Shown here one piece after another: positions 21,659-31,461 of a stretch of 64,000 nt of DNA. A program made the position numbers and the translations under genes. Positions within the stretch are counted from its first letter, which is position 1, and the number at the start of each line of letters is the position of its first letter. A model generated the notes under the pieces. That model worked only from the letters and a program-made list of their open reading frames with translations, was not told the origin of the DNA and searched no databases. Source of the DNA: a virus (taxonomy: Duplodnaviria > Caudoviricetes); IMG/VR virus record IMGVR_UViG_3300042868_009047. One strand, 5' to 3'.

Positions 21659-22323
21659 TGGATAATTTAATTAAAATATACGAAAACGCTATCCCCAGAG
21701 AAGTTTGTGATTTTATTATAAACGAATTTGAAACATCTAAAAACCAAACTGAAGGTATTAGTGGTGCTGGTGTCAATAAACTCGTTAAATCCTCAACAGA
21801 TTTGATGATTCATTTGAATTTAGATAACCCAAACTGGGTTTATATCTATGACTATTTAAGAGAAAATTTATTAGGTAATTTGGTCGATTATATCGAACAA
21901 AACACTTTTATGACAATTACAGGTGGATTTGCGTCAAAAGCTTCTGCTGTAAGAACAGCTCAATCTTGTTATATGGCTGGTAATAACGGTCAACCACATA
22001 TGCAAATGCAAAGATACATTGATGATCAAGGTTACTATGCTTGGCATCATGAAAATGAAGGTGGTACAACCGCTAAAAGAGAATTGTTTTTCATTTATTA
22101 TTTAAATGATGTTGATAACGGTGGTGAGACAGAATTCAAGTTTAACCCAAAAAAGGTAAAACCAGAAGCTGGTAAATTAGTTATAGCCCCAGCTTTATGG
22201 ACACACAAGCATCGTGGTAACCCACCACAAAATGGGCAATACAAATATATTATCACGGGTTGGATCGAAAAAAAGGATGAACACTATATTTCTGAGGAAT
22301 TTGAGGAAGATTACCTAATTTAA
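21658..22323 (+). CDS. 2OG-Fe(II) oxygenase (prolyl-hydroxylase-like superfamily)
   Basis: YYAWHHE, FIYYLNDVDNGGETEF, GKLVIAPALWTHKHRG, KYIITGW. Confidence 0.85.
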   Translation: MDNLIKIYENAIPREVCDFIINEFETSKNQTEGISGAGVNKLVKSSTDLMIHLNLDNPNWVYIYDYLRENLLGNLVDYIEQNTFMTITGGFASKASAVRTAQSCYMAGNNGQPHMQMQRYIDDQGYYAWHHENEGGTTAKRELFFIYYLNDVDNGGETEFKFNPKKVKPEAGKLVIAPALWTHKHRGNPPQNGQYKYIITGWIEKKDEHYISEEFEEDYLI

Positions 22324-22348
22324 CTGAAAATAGAGATATTTATCTCAT

Positions 22349-23092
22349 ATGGACAATATTTTAAAAAGTTTTACTATCCAACCTAGTTTATATTCGGATA
22401 TTTGGGAAAACCCATCATCTGATAATTTTAATGAGATAAAACTTAAAAAAGAAATTAGAGAACGTTTAATTGCGATAGGAAAAGATTTTATTGAAAGTCT
22501 TAGTATTGATAGTTTTGCTATCGAGGATATTTTGTTTGTTGGTAGTTTAGCTAATTATAACTGGTCAGAATATTCTGATATTGATTTACATATTGTTATA
22601 GACAAAAAAGCTGTTAATGATGATAATATTTTAGTTGATGAATTTTTTACAGCTAAAAAAGAGTTATACAATTTAAAACATGATATAAAAATCAAAGGTT
22701 TTGACGTTGAATTATATGTACAAGATGTTGAAGAAGTTTTAGATGCAGCTGATGGTATATATAGCATACTCTATAGTAAATGGAGAAAAGAACCAAGCAA
22801 AGAAAAACCAGAAATAAATAAAAAAGATATTGTTAAAAAAGTAAGAGAGTTTGATAAAAAATTAACGGATATTGCTAATGAAAAGGATGCGGATGCCAAA
22901 ATTTTAAAACTAAAAAAACTAAAAGAAAAAATCAGAGCTTACAGAAAAAGCGGTTTAAATGCAACTGGCGAGTTTAGTACTGAGAATTTAGTTTTTAAAT
23001 ATTTAAGAAGATCTGGGTATATGGATAGATTAGCTGATATGGGTATTGATGTCAAAGATGAATTTTTATCCCTAGAAAATATAGGGTATTGA
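22349..23092 (+). CDS. Pol-beta superfamily nucleotidyltransferase
   Basis: GSLANYNWSEYSDIDLHI (GS..DxD) and a third acidic strand DVELYVQD. Confidence 0.75.
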   Translation: MDNILKSFTIQPSLYSDIWENPSSDNFNEIKLKKEIRERLIAIGKDFIESLSIDSFAIEDILFVGSLANYNWSEYSDIDLHIVIDKKAVNDDNILVDEFFTAKKELYNLKHDIKIKGFDVELYVQDVEEVLDAADGIYSILYSKWRKEPSKEKPEINKKDIVKKVREFDKKLTDIANEKDADAKILKLKKLKEKIRAYRKSGLNATGEFSTENLVFKYLRRSGYMDRLADMGIDVKDEFLSLENIGY

Positions 23093-23150
23093 TATTTTAC
23101 TTTTTTTGCTTATATTTATAAGAAGAATAATTATTTTAAATAACTAAGAT

Positions 23151-24076
23151 ATGAAACCAATAGGTTCTGAAAAAATAGAAAACGTAGACGATAAATTAGC
23201 TAGGATCTTAGAGATCGCTGGTATTAAAAAAGAATTGGTGAATGAAAGCACACCAACTCTTGGTCACTTGTCTAGTGTATTGCACGAAGCTTTAGCGTCT
23301 AACGGTACTGAATATGGTATCGTACAAGAAGAAAAACACGTTTACATTAAATCTAAAAATGAAAACGGTGGATATGATTATTTAACGGGTGTTCAAAATA
23401 TCCACGAACATTCTTACAAATCATATGCGGATGCTTTAAAGCATTTAAACATGATGTTTAGAGAAATTAACGAATCTGTTGATTTTAAAGAAAACATTGA
23501 TGTTTTAAAAAAAAAAGTATAACCGAGCGTTATATCCTAAAACTTAAAAACACTGGTTCCGCACCAGCAGCTGATACAATGGCTGATATGGGTGTGGATA
23601 CAACAACTGCGCCAGCAGAAGAACCAGCTGATTTAGCCACAGATTTTTCAAGCGAAACACCCACCGATGCGGGCGTTGACACAACAGCTGATCCAGGAAT
23701 GGACGCAACAGCTATGCCAGCAGAAGACCCAGCACAAGAAACAGGTGTTGAAAACGTTGATGAACCCATCTTAAAAACGGTTCAAAAACTTACTGGTAAG
23801 TTAACCCAAAAAATGAGAGATGGTGCCCAGGAATTAGAGTCAAAAGATTATAAATACGTTGTTAATTCAATTTTATCCGCAATCGATATGACGAAGATAA
23901 CAGAAGAGGATATGAACGACATGTTAAATAAACTCCAAAACAAAGATTCCGAAGATACAACAGAAGCTGAACCAGGTGCCGAAGAAATGGCTCCAGAAGA
24001 ACAACCAGTTCAAGAACAACCAAGACGATTTAAAAAATCAGTTATAGACGAATTCCTAAGTACTTTAGGTAGATAA
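23151..24076 (+). CDS. Probable single protein split by a -1 frameshift at an A10 run (ORFs 23151-23522 and 23579-24076)
   Basis: ORF1 ends GTT TTA AAA AAA AAA GTA TAA. The -1 frame is open from the run (AGT ATA ACC GAG CGT TAT ATC CTA AAA = SITERYILK) straight into ORF2, giving about 308 aa. Confidence 0.55.
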
Positions 24077-24079
24077 ATA

Positions 24080-24107
24080 AAATCCCCGAAAGGGGATTTG
24101 TTTTTTT
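24080..24107 (+). terminator. Intrinsic terminator
   Basis: AAATCCCC-GAAA-GGGGATTT hairpin followed by a T-tract. Confidence 0.8.
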
Positions 24108-24143
24108 AAAATATTTTTACTATTATTGTACAATAAGTATAAA

Positions 24144-24713
24144 ATGATAGTAGGTATTTTAGGAAAAAAACGTTCGGGTAAAGATACAACAGGCGATTAC
24201 CTTGTTGCTAATAAAAATTTTGTAAAATATAGTTTTGCTAACCCAATTAAACGTGGGGCTATGGAGTTGTTCGGTTTTACCGAAGAACAAGTTTTTGGTG
24301 ATGCTAAGGATGAAATTGACCCAACCTGGGGAATTACACCAAGATTAGTTTTACAAATAATGGGTACTGAGGTGTTTCAATACGATATGCCAAAGTATAT
24401 ACCAGAATTACAAGCATTTGGTCGTGGTTTCTGGGTTAAACGTTTTGAGCAATGGTATGAACAAAACAGACATTTAGATGTTGTTATTTGCGATGTAAGA
24501 TTTCAGCACGAAGTTGATTCTATATTAAAAATGGGTGGTGCTATTTGGTCTGTAAATCGTCCAAATTTAACTGGTGGTGATGAGCATGCGTCTGAAAAAG
24601 AAATGGATTTAATTACTGGCATAACATCTGAGATAATAAACGATCGTACCTTACATGATTTGTACGATAAGATTGATAATCAATTAAATGATTTACGAAA
24701 ATCCGTTAGCTGA
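24144..24713 (+). CDS. Deoxynucleoside monophosphate kinase (T4 gp1-like)
   Basis: IVGILGKKRSGKDT P-loop, SFANPIK, TPRLVLQIMGTE, WVKRF, VVICDVRFQHE, HASE. Confidence 0.85.
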   Translation: MIVGILGKKRSGKDTTGDYLVANKNFVKYSFANPIKRGAMELFGFTEEQVFGDAKDEIDPTWGITPRLVLQIMGTEVFQYDMPKYIPELQAFGRGFWVKRFEQWYEQNRHLDVVICDVRFQHEVDSILKMGGAIWSVNRPNLTGGDEHASEKEMDLITGITSEIINDRTLHDLYDKIDNQLNDLRKSVS

Positions 24714-25074
24714 GATACTATCAGTACATAAGTTTAAAGTTAATAGGGCTACGGCTGAAATGTTATGTTACACTTTTAACAAAGAAGTTAAATGTGAAAG
24801 AAAAATTAATATACAATTATTTAGTAGATTTGCTAAATACAATCCGTTATACATCTTCAGTTATGGTGGGGTATTAAATTATGAAATAAAAGACCAACCC
24901 ATAGCATTACAGGGTGTCGAAATTGTTGTTCCACCTGGAAAAGAGGAAGAGTTTATGGATGAAAATTCTAATTTTATATTCTATGGTGGATCAAACTCTG
25001 GTATAGAATGGTTAGATATGGATGATACTAATAATTTTACTGGTGTATATGGTAGTTGTAGAGTTAACTTTTAG
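24688..25074 (+). CDS. Hypothetical protein
   Basis: ORF track; overlaps the kinase stop. Confidence 0.55.
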   Translation: MIYENPLAEILSVHKFKVNRATAEMLCYTFNKEVKCERKINIQLFSRFAKYNPLYIFSYGGVLNYEIKDQPIALQGVEIVVPPGKEEEFMDENSNFIFYGGSNSGIEWLDMDDTNNFTGVYGSCRVNF

Positions 25075-25342
25075 TTATCTTTAACTTAAGATTACCAGTA
25101 CCTTTTATAACTCTATGCCAATCATGTCTTGCTATTTTTAGTGAGACATTTTCTTTTAAGGGTATTGGCAATTGGTTATCGTATTGAAATTTCCAATCAG
25201 TTGTATTTAAAACTTCAACAACACGATCCTCGTTATCCCTATGCCACATAAGTTCAATTGGATCGATATTCTCGTCAAATTCCCTTACGACATAGTTATC
25301 ACCAATCTCAATGTCTTTATATGGTTTACCAGAATCCACCAA
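25064..25342 (-). CDS. Small cupin-like conserved phage protein
   Basis: WHRDNEDRVV...WKFQYDNQLP...WHRVIKG has two His motifs spaced like a cupin. Confidence 0.5.
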   Translation of the reverse strand: MVDSGKPYKDIEIGDNYVVREFDENIDPIELMWHRDNEDRVVEVLNTTDWKFQYDNQLPIPLKENVSLKIARHDWHRVIKGTGNLKLKITKS

Positions 25343-26273
25343 ATTTAGATTTTAGACCAAGCAAACTAGCATATCTAGGTAATCTACATGACCAATAAGA
25401 TGCTTTTGTTCTATCCTTCTTATTAGCGCAATCATGTCTGGCAGCGAATGATTTACGAGCCGCTGGGTTATTTAATTTAACAGATAAACCAGTTGTATCA
25501 CCAAAAGAAACTTTTTTAATACCACCACCTGGCTTTCTAACATAAACGTAGAATTTTTTAGAACCACCTCTTTTTGGTTTACCTATTTCAACATCTTTAC
25601 CTTGGTATTTAGCTTCAGCGATAAGCTCATCTTCAGCCATATTCTCGGTAAACGGTAAATCCAATGGGACCATTTGATTCTCGTATAAACCAAATCTACC
25701 TAAATCTGTGTTTTCAAATAATTTTGTATCTAACGCTGATAACTTAATGATTTTTTTCTCCCAAAGTTCTCTAGCTTCTTTGATGACCATAGCATGTTTT
25801 TCACTACCAGGTCTGTATTCATTTTCTAATAAAGGTATACTGTTACTAAGGTGATACTTTACGTCTTCAGAAATCATATCTTTTAAAACCCAAGTATCAA
25901 AATTTTCCATTAATTTTTTTTCAATGGATAACTCAAAACACTCTTCGCAAACGACATTTGATTCAGAAACTAATGCTTCAAAGTCCTTATTTTCATACAT
26001 ATCATTAATAACCTCAAAAACAAAAGAAAGATCTTTATATTCTGGGTTTACAACAACATGGTAACAATCATCAGATTTTTCCGTCATTGGTTTACCAAAA
26101 TGTTCCTTATCTTTTGATATATAAAAAGTTGGGTTCTCAGCTTCTTCATGAATCGAAAACAATTCTGAAATCACATCAAGATCCAAACCTTCATCTTTAG
26201 TTGATGATACAGCTTTATTGTTCAAAATTTTGGCCACTTGGCCTTCTGTCATCTTGTATATTTTTTTACTCAT
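25326..26273 (-). CDS. Hypothetical protein with basic, Cys-containing C-terminal domain
   Basis: C-terminus AKYQGKDVEIGKPKRGGSKKFYVYV..KKVSFGD..RKSFAARHDC..YWSC is a pattern I recall from large phages; TATTTATA upstream at 26290-26297. Confidence 0.6.
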   Translation of the reverse strand: MSKKIYKMTEGQVAKILNNKAVSSTKDEGLDLDVISELFSIHEEAENPTFYISKDKEHFGKPMTEKSDDCYHVVVNPEYKDLSFVFEVINDMYENKDFEALVSESNVVCEECFELSIEKKLMENFDTWVLKDMISEDVKYHLSNSIPLLENEYRPGSEKHAMVIKEARELWEKKIIKLSALDTKLFENTDLGRFGLYENQMVPLDLPFTENMAEDELIAEAKYQGKDVEIGKPKRGGSKKFYVYVRKPGGGIKKVSFGDTTGLSVKLNNPAARKSFAARHDCANKKDRTKASYWSCRLPRYASLLGLKSKFGGFW

Positions 26274-26302
26274 TACTATGATATTATAATATAAATACCC
26301 AG

Positions 26303-26857
26303 TTAAATGAATAAATTCTTAAAGTCGTACACATTATTTGGTATAGGTCTTAAACGGTCAAAACCGTAAAACGCACTCATATTTGATTGCTCTCTTATTG
26401 TTTGGTTATTAACCAGCATTTTTGAGTGGAAACTGTCAATTATTCTTGGTGTGGCGTATCCGCATACAATAAATTCGGTGTCACTAATTTTACAAACAAA
26501 AACAGCTTTTTTATACATTGGCCTATAAAAAATTGGAAACTCATTGTAATTGAATATAATAACATCAACCCACTTTTCAAATGAAGTTCTTAATTGCTGC
26601 AACGGTTCAACATTAACGTTATTATAATCCATGATTGGATGTTTTATACGTTTTGAAATGGCTGTTATTGCGCATACTAACGTGAACATATCTTTGTATT
26701 TCTCATTATTTTTATTTAATTTTGTTGTATTATGTTTGTGTTTAACAACAGCCCTAATATAAGAAACACAGTTATGGATATCCTTTTCATCCAACTTAAT
26801 TTTACTAAATTTTTTGATGTGCGTATCAAACGCACCTTTAAATGTTATAATACTCAT
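26303..26857 (-). CDS. Hypothetical protein
   Basis: ORF track; start moved to MSIITFKG (26857), directly below a -7 element. Confidence 0.55.
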   Translation of the reverse strand: MSIITFKGAFDTHIKKFSKIKLDEKDIHNCVSYIRAVVKHKHNTTKLNKNNEKYKDMFTLVCAITAISKRIKHPIMDYNNVNVEPLQQLRTSFEKWVDVIIFNYNEFPIFYRPMYKKAVFVCKISDTEFIVCGYATPRIIDSFHSKMLVNNQTIREQSNMSAFYGFDRLRPIPNNVYDFKNLFI

Positions 26858-26862
26858 GTTTA

Positions 26863-26910
26863 CAAAAGTAAAAAAAAATTTGTTTATAACCAAATAAATT
26901 ACTAATTTTG
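26863..26910. promoter_or_regulatory. Divergent Bacteroidota-type promoters
   Basis: TACTTTTG on minus (26863-26870) and TAATTTTG on plus (26903-26910), each about 5 nt before an ATG. Confidence 0.6.
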
Positions 26911-26915
26911 TAAAC

Positions 26916-28313
26916 ATGAAAGGATACACTAAAGAACAACTTGAGTTTATTGAGTTTAGCGGACCAGAATCCGTAATATTATCAGCAACAGCTGGGAGCG
27001 GGAAAACTCACTCAACAGTAGGTAGATTAAATCACCTATTAGAAAGCGGTGTTGACCCAAGTAGAATAATTTTCTTTTCTTTTACGAATGATGCTGTAAA
27101 TGAATTAAGAAGTCGTATTGATAACGAAGTAAAGATTACAACCATACATAGCTTTACAAGTAGTACATTAGGTAAATTAGGTAAGTTTAAACCAATTGTA
27201 ACCTTTTATGATTTTGTAAGCTGGTATCGTGATAAAAAGAAGCCATCGTTTAAAGACCCAAGAAAAATAAGGGAAGAATATTATGCAACTATTGAAAGAT
27301 TTTATGAAGAGGGTGCTGGTATATCCTCAACATTTTCATCCTATAAACTACAATTCTATGACGGTATCAAAGCGCCTAAACCAAATTTTTATGATCATTA
27401 CGTTGCGTTTTTAAAAGAAACTAATAGCCGTGATTTCTCTGATATGTTAATTGATACCGAAAAATTAACTAGAGACCCTAAGCATAAGGAGTTTTTTAAT
27501 GGTATGTATGATTACATCTTTATTGATGAGTACCAAGATACATCAACACTTCAAATGAAAATCTTATCCGCAATTAACGCAAAACAATATTACCTTATCG
27601 GTGATAAAAACCAATCAATCTACGGTTTTTCTGGGGCAAATTGTGAAAAAATTGAGTCGTTACTAAAACAAAAGAAAACTGTTGTTGAGTTAACCTTAAC
27701 AAAGAATTTTAGGTCACATAAAAAAATTGTTGAGAATGCAAACAAATTTAGCTCTTTAATAGCGATACCCGAATCAAAAGATGATGGTTTTGTTGATGAA
27801 AAATTCATAACAAAAAAGAGATTGTTTGAGATGTTACAAGATGGGAAACCGTTAACTGTGCTTGTTAGGACAAATAATATTATTAAAGAGATTGAAAAAC
27901 AAGCCATGAAGAAAAAGATACCAATGCGTTATTTCAATTACATAACAAAGACGGATCTTGATAACATTAAGAAATCTAACATAACCGATAGTCTCAAAAA
28001 GAAGTTAAATGACGTATTACCTTATTTTTTAAACAACCAAGACTTCGCTGATTTTATTGAATCAAATAGTGACTCCGATGTTTTTGTAACCTCAATACAT
28101 AAAAGTAAAGGTCGTGAATTCCCAAGATGCGTTGTTATTAACTCAGCTGATCCAGACATGTTAATTAAACATGGTAGTTTAACACATAGTTTAACCGAAT
28201 ATTCGTTTATAACAGATGATGGGGATATTGATGAAGAGGGTAGAAATATACATTATGTTGCGGTAACCAGACCAAAAGAAGAACTCTATTTCATGATTTA
28301 CGATGATTTATAA
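26916..28313 (+). CDS. UvrD/Rep-family SF1 helicase (compact)
   Basis: ATAGSGKT, FSFTNDA, TIHSF, FIDEYQDTS, IGDKNQSIYGFSGA, LTKNFRS, TSIHKSKGREF, YVAVTRPK. Confidence 0.9.
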   Translation: MKGYTKEQLEFIEFSGPESVILSATAGSGKTHSTVGRLNHLLESGVDPSRIIFFSFTNDAVNELRSRIDNEVKITTIHSFTSSTLGKLGKFKPIVTFYDFVSWYRDKKKPSFKDPRKIREEYYATIERFYEEGAGISSTFSSYKLQFYDGIKAPKPNFYDHYVAFLKETNSRDFSDMLIDTEKLTRDPKHKEFFNGMYDYIFIDEYQDTSTLQMKILSAINAKQYYLIGDKNQSIYGFSGANCEKIESLLKQKKTVVELTLTKNFRSHKKIVENANKFSSLIAIPESKDDGFVDEKFITKKRLFEMLQDGKPLTVLVRTNNIIKEIEKQAMKKKIPMRYFNYITKTDLDNIKKSNITDSLKKKLNDVLPYFLNNQDFADFIESNSDSDVFVTSIHKSKGREFPRCVVINSADPDMLIKHGSLTHSLTEYSFITDDGDIDEEGRNIHYVAVTRPKEELYFMIYDDL

Positions 28314-28320
28314 AATATAA

Positions 28321-28348
28321 AAGCCACCAATTACGGTGGCTTTTTTTT
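28321..28348 (+). terminator. Intrinsic terminator
   Basis: AAGCCACC/GGTGGCTT hairpin plus T8. Confidence 0.8.
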
Positions 28349-28457
28349 ATAGAGAGTGTTTAAATTTTTGACTTTACTGTGCCATATGTATTGGTTCAAG
28401 AATAATCACAATTAACTCATAATTATTTCCCTACCTGATTTGAATTTATTTCTAAAG

Positions 28458-28619
28458 TTATCTTTTACCTTGACCTCTATTTTGTTTTTTATAATGTTTG
28501 CTATTTTTGCTTTTACTACTTTTATTTTTAGAGTGAACACCCTTTCTGTTTTTTTTGATTTTACCTCTGAACTCCTTAACACTTGCTGAAGAAGTTTTCT
28601 TTTTACCTGATGCTGCCAT
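28458..28619 (-). CDS. 53-aa highly basic small protein (below the ORF-track cutoff)
   Basis: MAASGKKKTSSASVKEFRGKIKKNRKGVHSKNKSSKSKNSKHYKKQNRGQGKR; TATTTAT motif at 28644-28650 upstream. Confidence 0.7.
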   Translation of the reverse strand: MAASGKKKTSSASVKEFRGKIKKNRKGVHSKNKSSKSKNSKHYKKQNRGQGKR

Positions 28620-28707
28620 TTTAATTAGTTTTTAGTATTTTCAATAAATATCTTGATAAAAACAAAAATTAACCTACTATTCTAAATATTTATTAATAAA
28701 CAAACAT

Positions 28708-28866
28708 ATGATTATTTTTTACAATAGATTCGACAAAACCAGAGAGGCGATTGGTAAGACCAATAATCATGCTTCGAGATTAGAAGCTGCAAAATTTTTT
28801 GCTGAAATTAAAAAAATGAGTCTTAAGGATTTTTTGAAAGTATTTACTGTTAGTATAATAAAATAA
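28708..28866 (+). CDS. 52-aa small hypothetical protein (below the ORF-track cutoff)
   Basis: MIIFYNRFDKTREAIGKTNNHASRLEAAKFFAEIKKMSLKDFLKVFTVSIIK; TATTTAT at 28687-28693 upstream. Confidence 0.6.
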   Translation: MIIFYNRFDKTREAIGKTNNHASRLEAAKFFAEIKKMSLKDFLKVFTVSIIK

Positions 28867-28885
28867 AAAAATCAAAAAAAGAATT

Positions 28886-29713
28886 ATGTTATTAAAAGTA
28901 GGTTCAAAAGGAGATGATGTAAAAAAACTCCAAGCGAAATTAGGTACAAGCCCAGACGGAAGTTTTGGCCCTGGTACAGAAAAATTAGTCAAAGAATGGC
29001 AAACTAAAAACGGGTTAACAGCTGACGGTATTGTTGGTGATGGAACTTGGGCAAAAATGGGTTTGAACGAAGGTTCAGTACCAGCTGCTGCACCTGTAGC
29101 TATTCCAGCATCTAGCTTTAAGTTAGAGGCATTAAAAGGTCACGTTCCTGATGCGGTTATTGCTCAGATCCCTGACACAGCAGCTAAATTTGGTATTACA
29201 AACACTTTAAGATTAGCCCATTTCTTAGCGCAATGCGGTCACGAATCAGGTGGTTTTAAAGCTGTAAAAGAAAATTTAAATTATAGTGCTGATGGTCTTA
29301 AAAAAATATTCCCAAAATATTTTCCTGGTAATATAAGTGAGTCTTATTCACGCCAACCAGAAAAGATTGCTAATCGTGTTTATTCATCTCGTATGGGTAA
29401 TGGTGATGAGGCATCTGGTGAAGGTTTCAAATTTTGTGGTAGAGGTTATATCCAATTAACTGGTAAATCAAACTATACAGCGTTTGATAAAATGGTTGAG
29501 GAAAACATCTTACAAAACCCAGAGTTAGTGGCAACTAAATATCCTTTAGCTTCAGCAGCATTCTTTTTTAACTCAAATAACCTATGGTCTATTTGTGATA
29601 AAGGCGCTGACACAGCAACCGTTACAGCTGTAACGAAGAGAGTTAATGGTGGTACAATAGGTCTTGACGATCGTATTAAACACTTTAATGAATTCTATAA
29701 CTTATTGAAATAA
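28886..29713 (+). CDS. Endolysin: N-terminal peptidoglycan-binding domain plus GH19 catalytic domain
   Basis: LKVGSKGDDVKKLQ..DGSFGPGT..WQ..GLTADGIVG (PG_binding_1); AHFLAQCGHESGGF, ENLNYS, GRGYIQLTG, RVNGGTIGLDDR (GH19). Confidence 0.9.
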   Translation: MLLKVGSKGDDVKKLQAKLGTSPDGSFGPGTEKLVKEWQTKNGLTADGIVGDGTWAKMGLNEGSVPAAAPVAIPASSFKLEALKGHVPDAVIAQIPDTAAKFGITNTLRLAHFLAQCGHESGGFKAVKENLNYSADGLKKIFPKYFPGNISESYSRQPEKIANRVYSSRMGNGDEASGEGFKFCGRGYIQLTGKSNYTAFDKMVEENILQNPELVATKYPLASAAFFFNSNNLWSICDKGADTATVTAVTKRVNGGTIGLDDRIKHFNEFYNLLK

Positions 29714-29719
29714 CTTATC

Positions 29720-29923
29720 ATGGCTTTACCTTGCCCAAATTGTCATACTCCTCTAGGCATTAGTTTAGACTTTATTATTAAAAATCCTTTATCGGTATGT
29801 CCGACATGTCAAACCGTGTTTAATTTTGCGGTAAATGACGAAATTATCAAAACTTTTAGGGAAACTTTAAATGAAATAGAGGATATAAAAAAACAATATA
29901 AGGGTATGGTTAAATTCGGGTAA
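29720..29923 (+). CDS. Small zinc-ribbon protein
   Basis: CPNC...CPTC. Confidence 0.65.
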   Translation: MALPCPNCHTPLGISLDFIIKNPLSVCPTCQTVFNFAVNDEIIKTFRETLNEIEDIKKQYKGMVKFG

Positions 29924-29966
29924 TTATCTATAAACAAAAAAATAAAAACAAAAAAAAAACAAAATT

Positions 29967-30566
29967 ATGGCAGCAGACATTTCCGCTCAATTTACAGGTC
30001 TTCCTATTGAAGATCTGATCGTGTCACCTATCGTTGGTATGGCGAAGGGACAAGCAAAATTAAACGATGTAACATGGAAGTACATCAACGAAGTTGCATT
30101 CCAAACAGATAAAGACGGTAATACAACAGCTCGTTCTTTAGACGTTCAAATGCAAAGAGTTATGACCGATCCTACAGATGGAACTCAATCAGTTAAAACT
30201 TTATATTCTAAAGTTGCGATGTTACCTTTGGTTCCACTTCCAGCGTTAGCTATCACATCAGCTGATATCGCTTTTACTATGGAAGTTAAAACATCTGAGG
30301 TAGACAAAACATCAGAAGATAAAAGCGGTAGCTTTAGTGCTAGTGCAACTGGTGGATTCTGGGGTATGAAATATTCAGTTAATATGTCTGGTAGTGTTGC
30401 AACTCACAAAGAGAACACAAGAAGTACAGATAATTCAGCTAAATATGAAGTAAAAGTACACGCAGAACAATTGCCACCAACAGAAGGTATGTTGAAATTA
30501 TCGGATTACCTAACACAAATGTTAGAACCGACTACAATCGCACCATCTGTTAACGCAAACGCTTAA
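29967..30566 (+). CDS. DUF2589-like protein (long member)
   Basis: FTGLPIEDLIVSP, AKGQAKL, VAMLPLVPLPALAITSADIAFTMEVK, SAKYEVKVHAEQ..EGMLKL. Confidence 0.75.
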   Translation: MAADISAQFTGLPIEDLIVSPIVGMAKGQAKLNDVTWKYINEVAFQTDKDGNTTARSLDVQMQRVMTDPTDGTQSVKTLYSKVAMLPLVPLPALAITSADIAFTMEVKTSEVDKTSEDKSGSFSASATGGFWGMKYSVNMSGSVATHKENTRSTDNSAKYEVKVHAEQLPPTEGMLKLSDYLTQMLEPTTIAPSVNANA

Positions 30567-30625
30567 TACCAATAACTTGACTTTATGAAAAAATTTTACT
30601 ACTTTTGTATAAAATTACAACATAT

Positions 30626-31108
30626 ATGTCAAGATTAAATATTGAGGAGTTAGTAGGTGGGCTTTTAGAGGCCGCAATGGTTTCTCAGGGTATAAGTGAA
30701 AGACAGCATATTAATGCTCTCAGAAACTACTTTAATGAAGATGGTACACCCAAACTTCAAACCTTTGTAATAGGGGATAAAACTTTGGATGTACCGCTTT
30801 ATATTTTAGCTGATCACTCGTCTATTGGTTTAGATGAATTAGATATTGAATTTGAAGCTAGACTTATTTTTGGGGATGGTAAGGGTGAGGTATCTGATCT
30901 TAAAAAATCTTTACTAGGTCTTTTTAAAAAGAAGGGGTATCAACACAATATTAAAGGTATTGAAGTTGATTCTGGTAAAAATACCGATAGATCTGGTATG
31001 GCTAAAATAAAAGTAAAATTTAAAGCGGATGAGAAACCTGAAGCTGTTAGTAGATTAGTAGATTCCTATATCCAAAAAATGACAGGAACTGGCACTAAAA
31101 AAAATTAA
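30626..31108 (+). CDS. DUF2589-like protein (short member)
   Basis: LDVPLYILADHSSIGLDELDIEFEA...KVKFK..PEAVSRL. Own -7 element TACTTTTG at 30600-30607, so start moved to MSRLNIEE. Confidence 0.65.
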   Translation: MSRLNIEELVGGLLEAAMVSQGISERQHINALRNYFNEDGTPKLQTFVIGDKTLDVPLYILADHSSIGLDELDIEFEARLIFGDGKGEVSDLKKSLLGLFKKKGYQHNIKGIEVDSGKNTDRSGMAKIKVKFKADEKPEAVSRLVDSYIQKMTGTGTKKN

Positions 31109-31146
31109 TAAAATAAAATAAACAAAAAACTAAAAAAACAATTAAA

Positions 31147-31401
31147 ATGGCATTTGTAAAAAATTTAAACGGAAAAGCTGTAGTATGTGAGTATGAAGAT
31201 GGTGCACAATTAGTACCAGAAACTGGTTATATTGCTGCTATCGTTCAAAATGACGGGATTCAGTTCTATGGCGCTAGTGATGACGCTGGTATTATCGCTA
31301 TTGGATCAACAGCTAACGGAAGCGCAGTTGAGACATTGGCTGAGGCTAAAACGGCTATCGCTACTTTAGGTACACTATTCTTAGATGGTACAGCTATCTA
31401 A
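31147..31401 (+). CDS. Hypothetical protein
   Basis: ORF track; A-rich leader; followed by a terminator. Confidence 0.6.
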   Translation: MAFVKNLNGKAVVCEYEDGAQLVPETGYIAAIVQNDGIQFYGASDDAGIIAIGSTANGSAVETLAEAKTAIATLGTLFLDGTAI

Positions 31402-31420
31402 TTAAAAACTAAAAAAAAAT

Positions 31421-31451
31421 AAAAGGCTTGGTTTTTACCAGGCCTTTTTTA
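31421..31451 (+). terminator. Intrinsic terminator
   Basis: GGCTTGGT/ACCAGGCC hairpin plus T-tract. Confidence 0.75.
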
Positions 31452-31461
31452 TTATTGTATT

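Noticed and set aside
21658-22323. 2OG oxygenase as a collagen prolyl hydroxylase for the giant fibre
   Set aside because: The repeat region is almost free of proline (only a few LPVP blocks), so there is little substrate.
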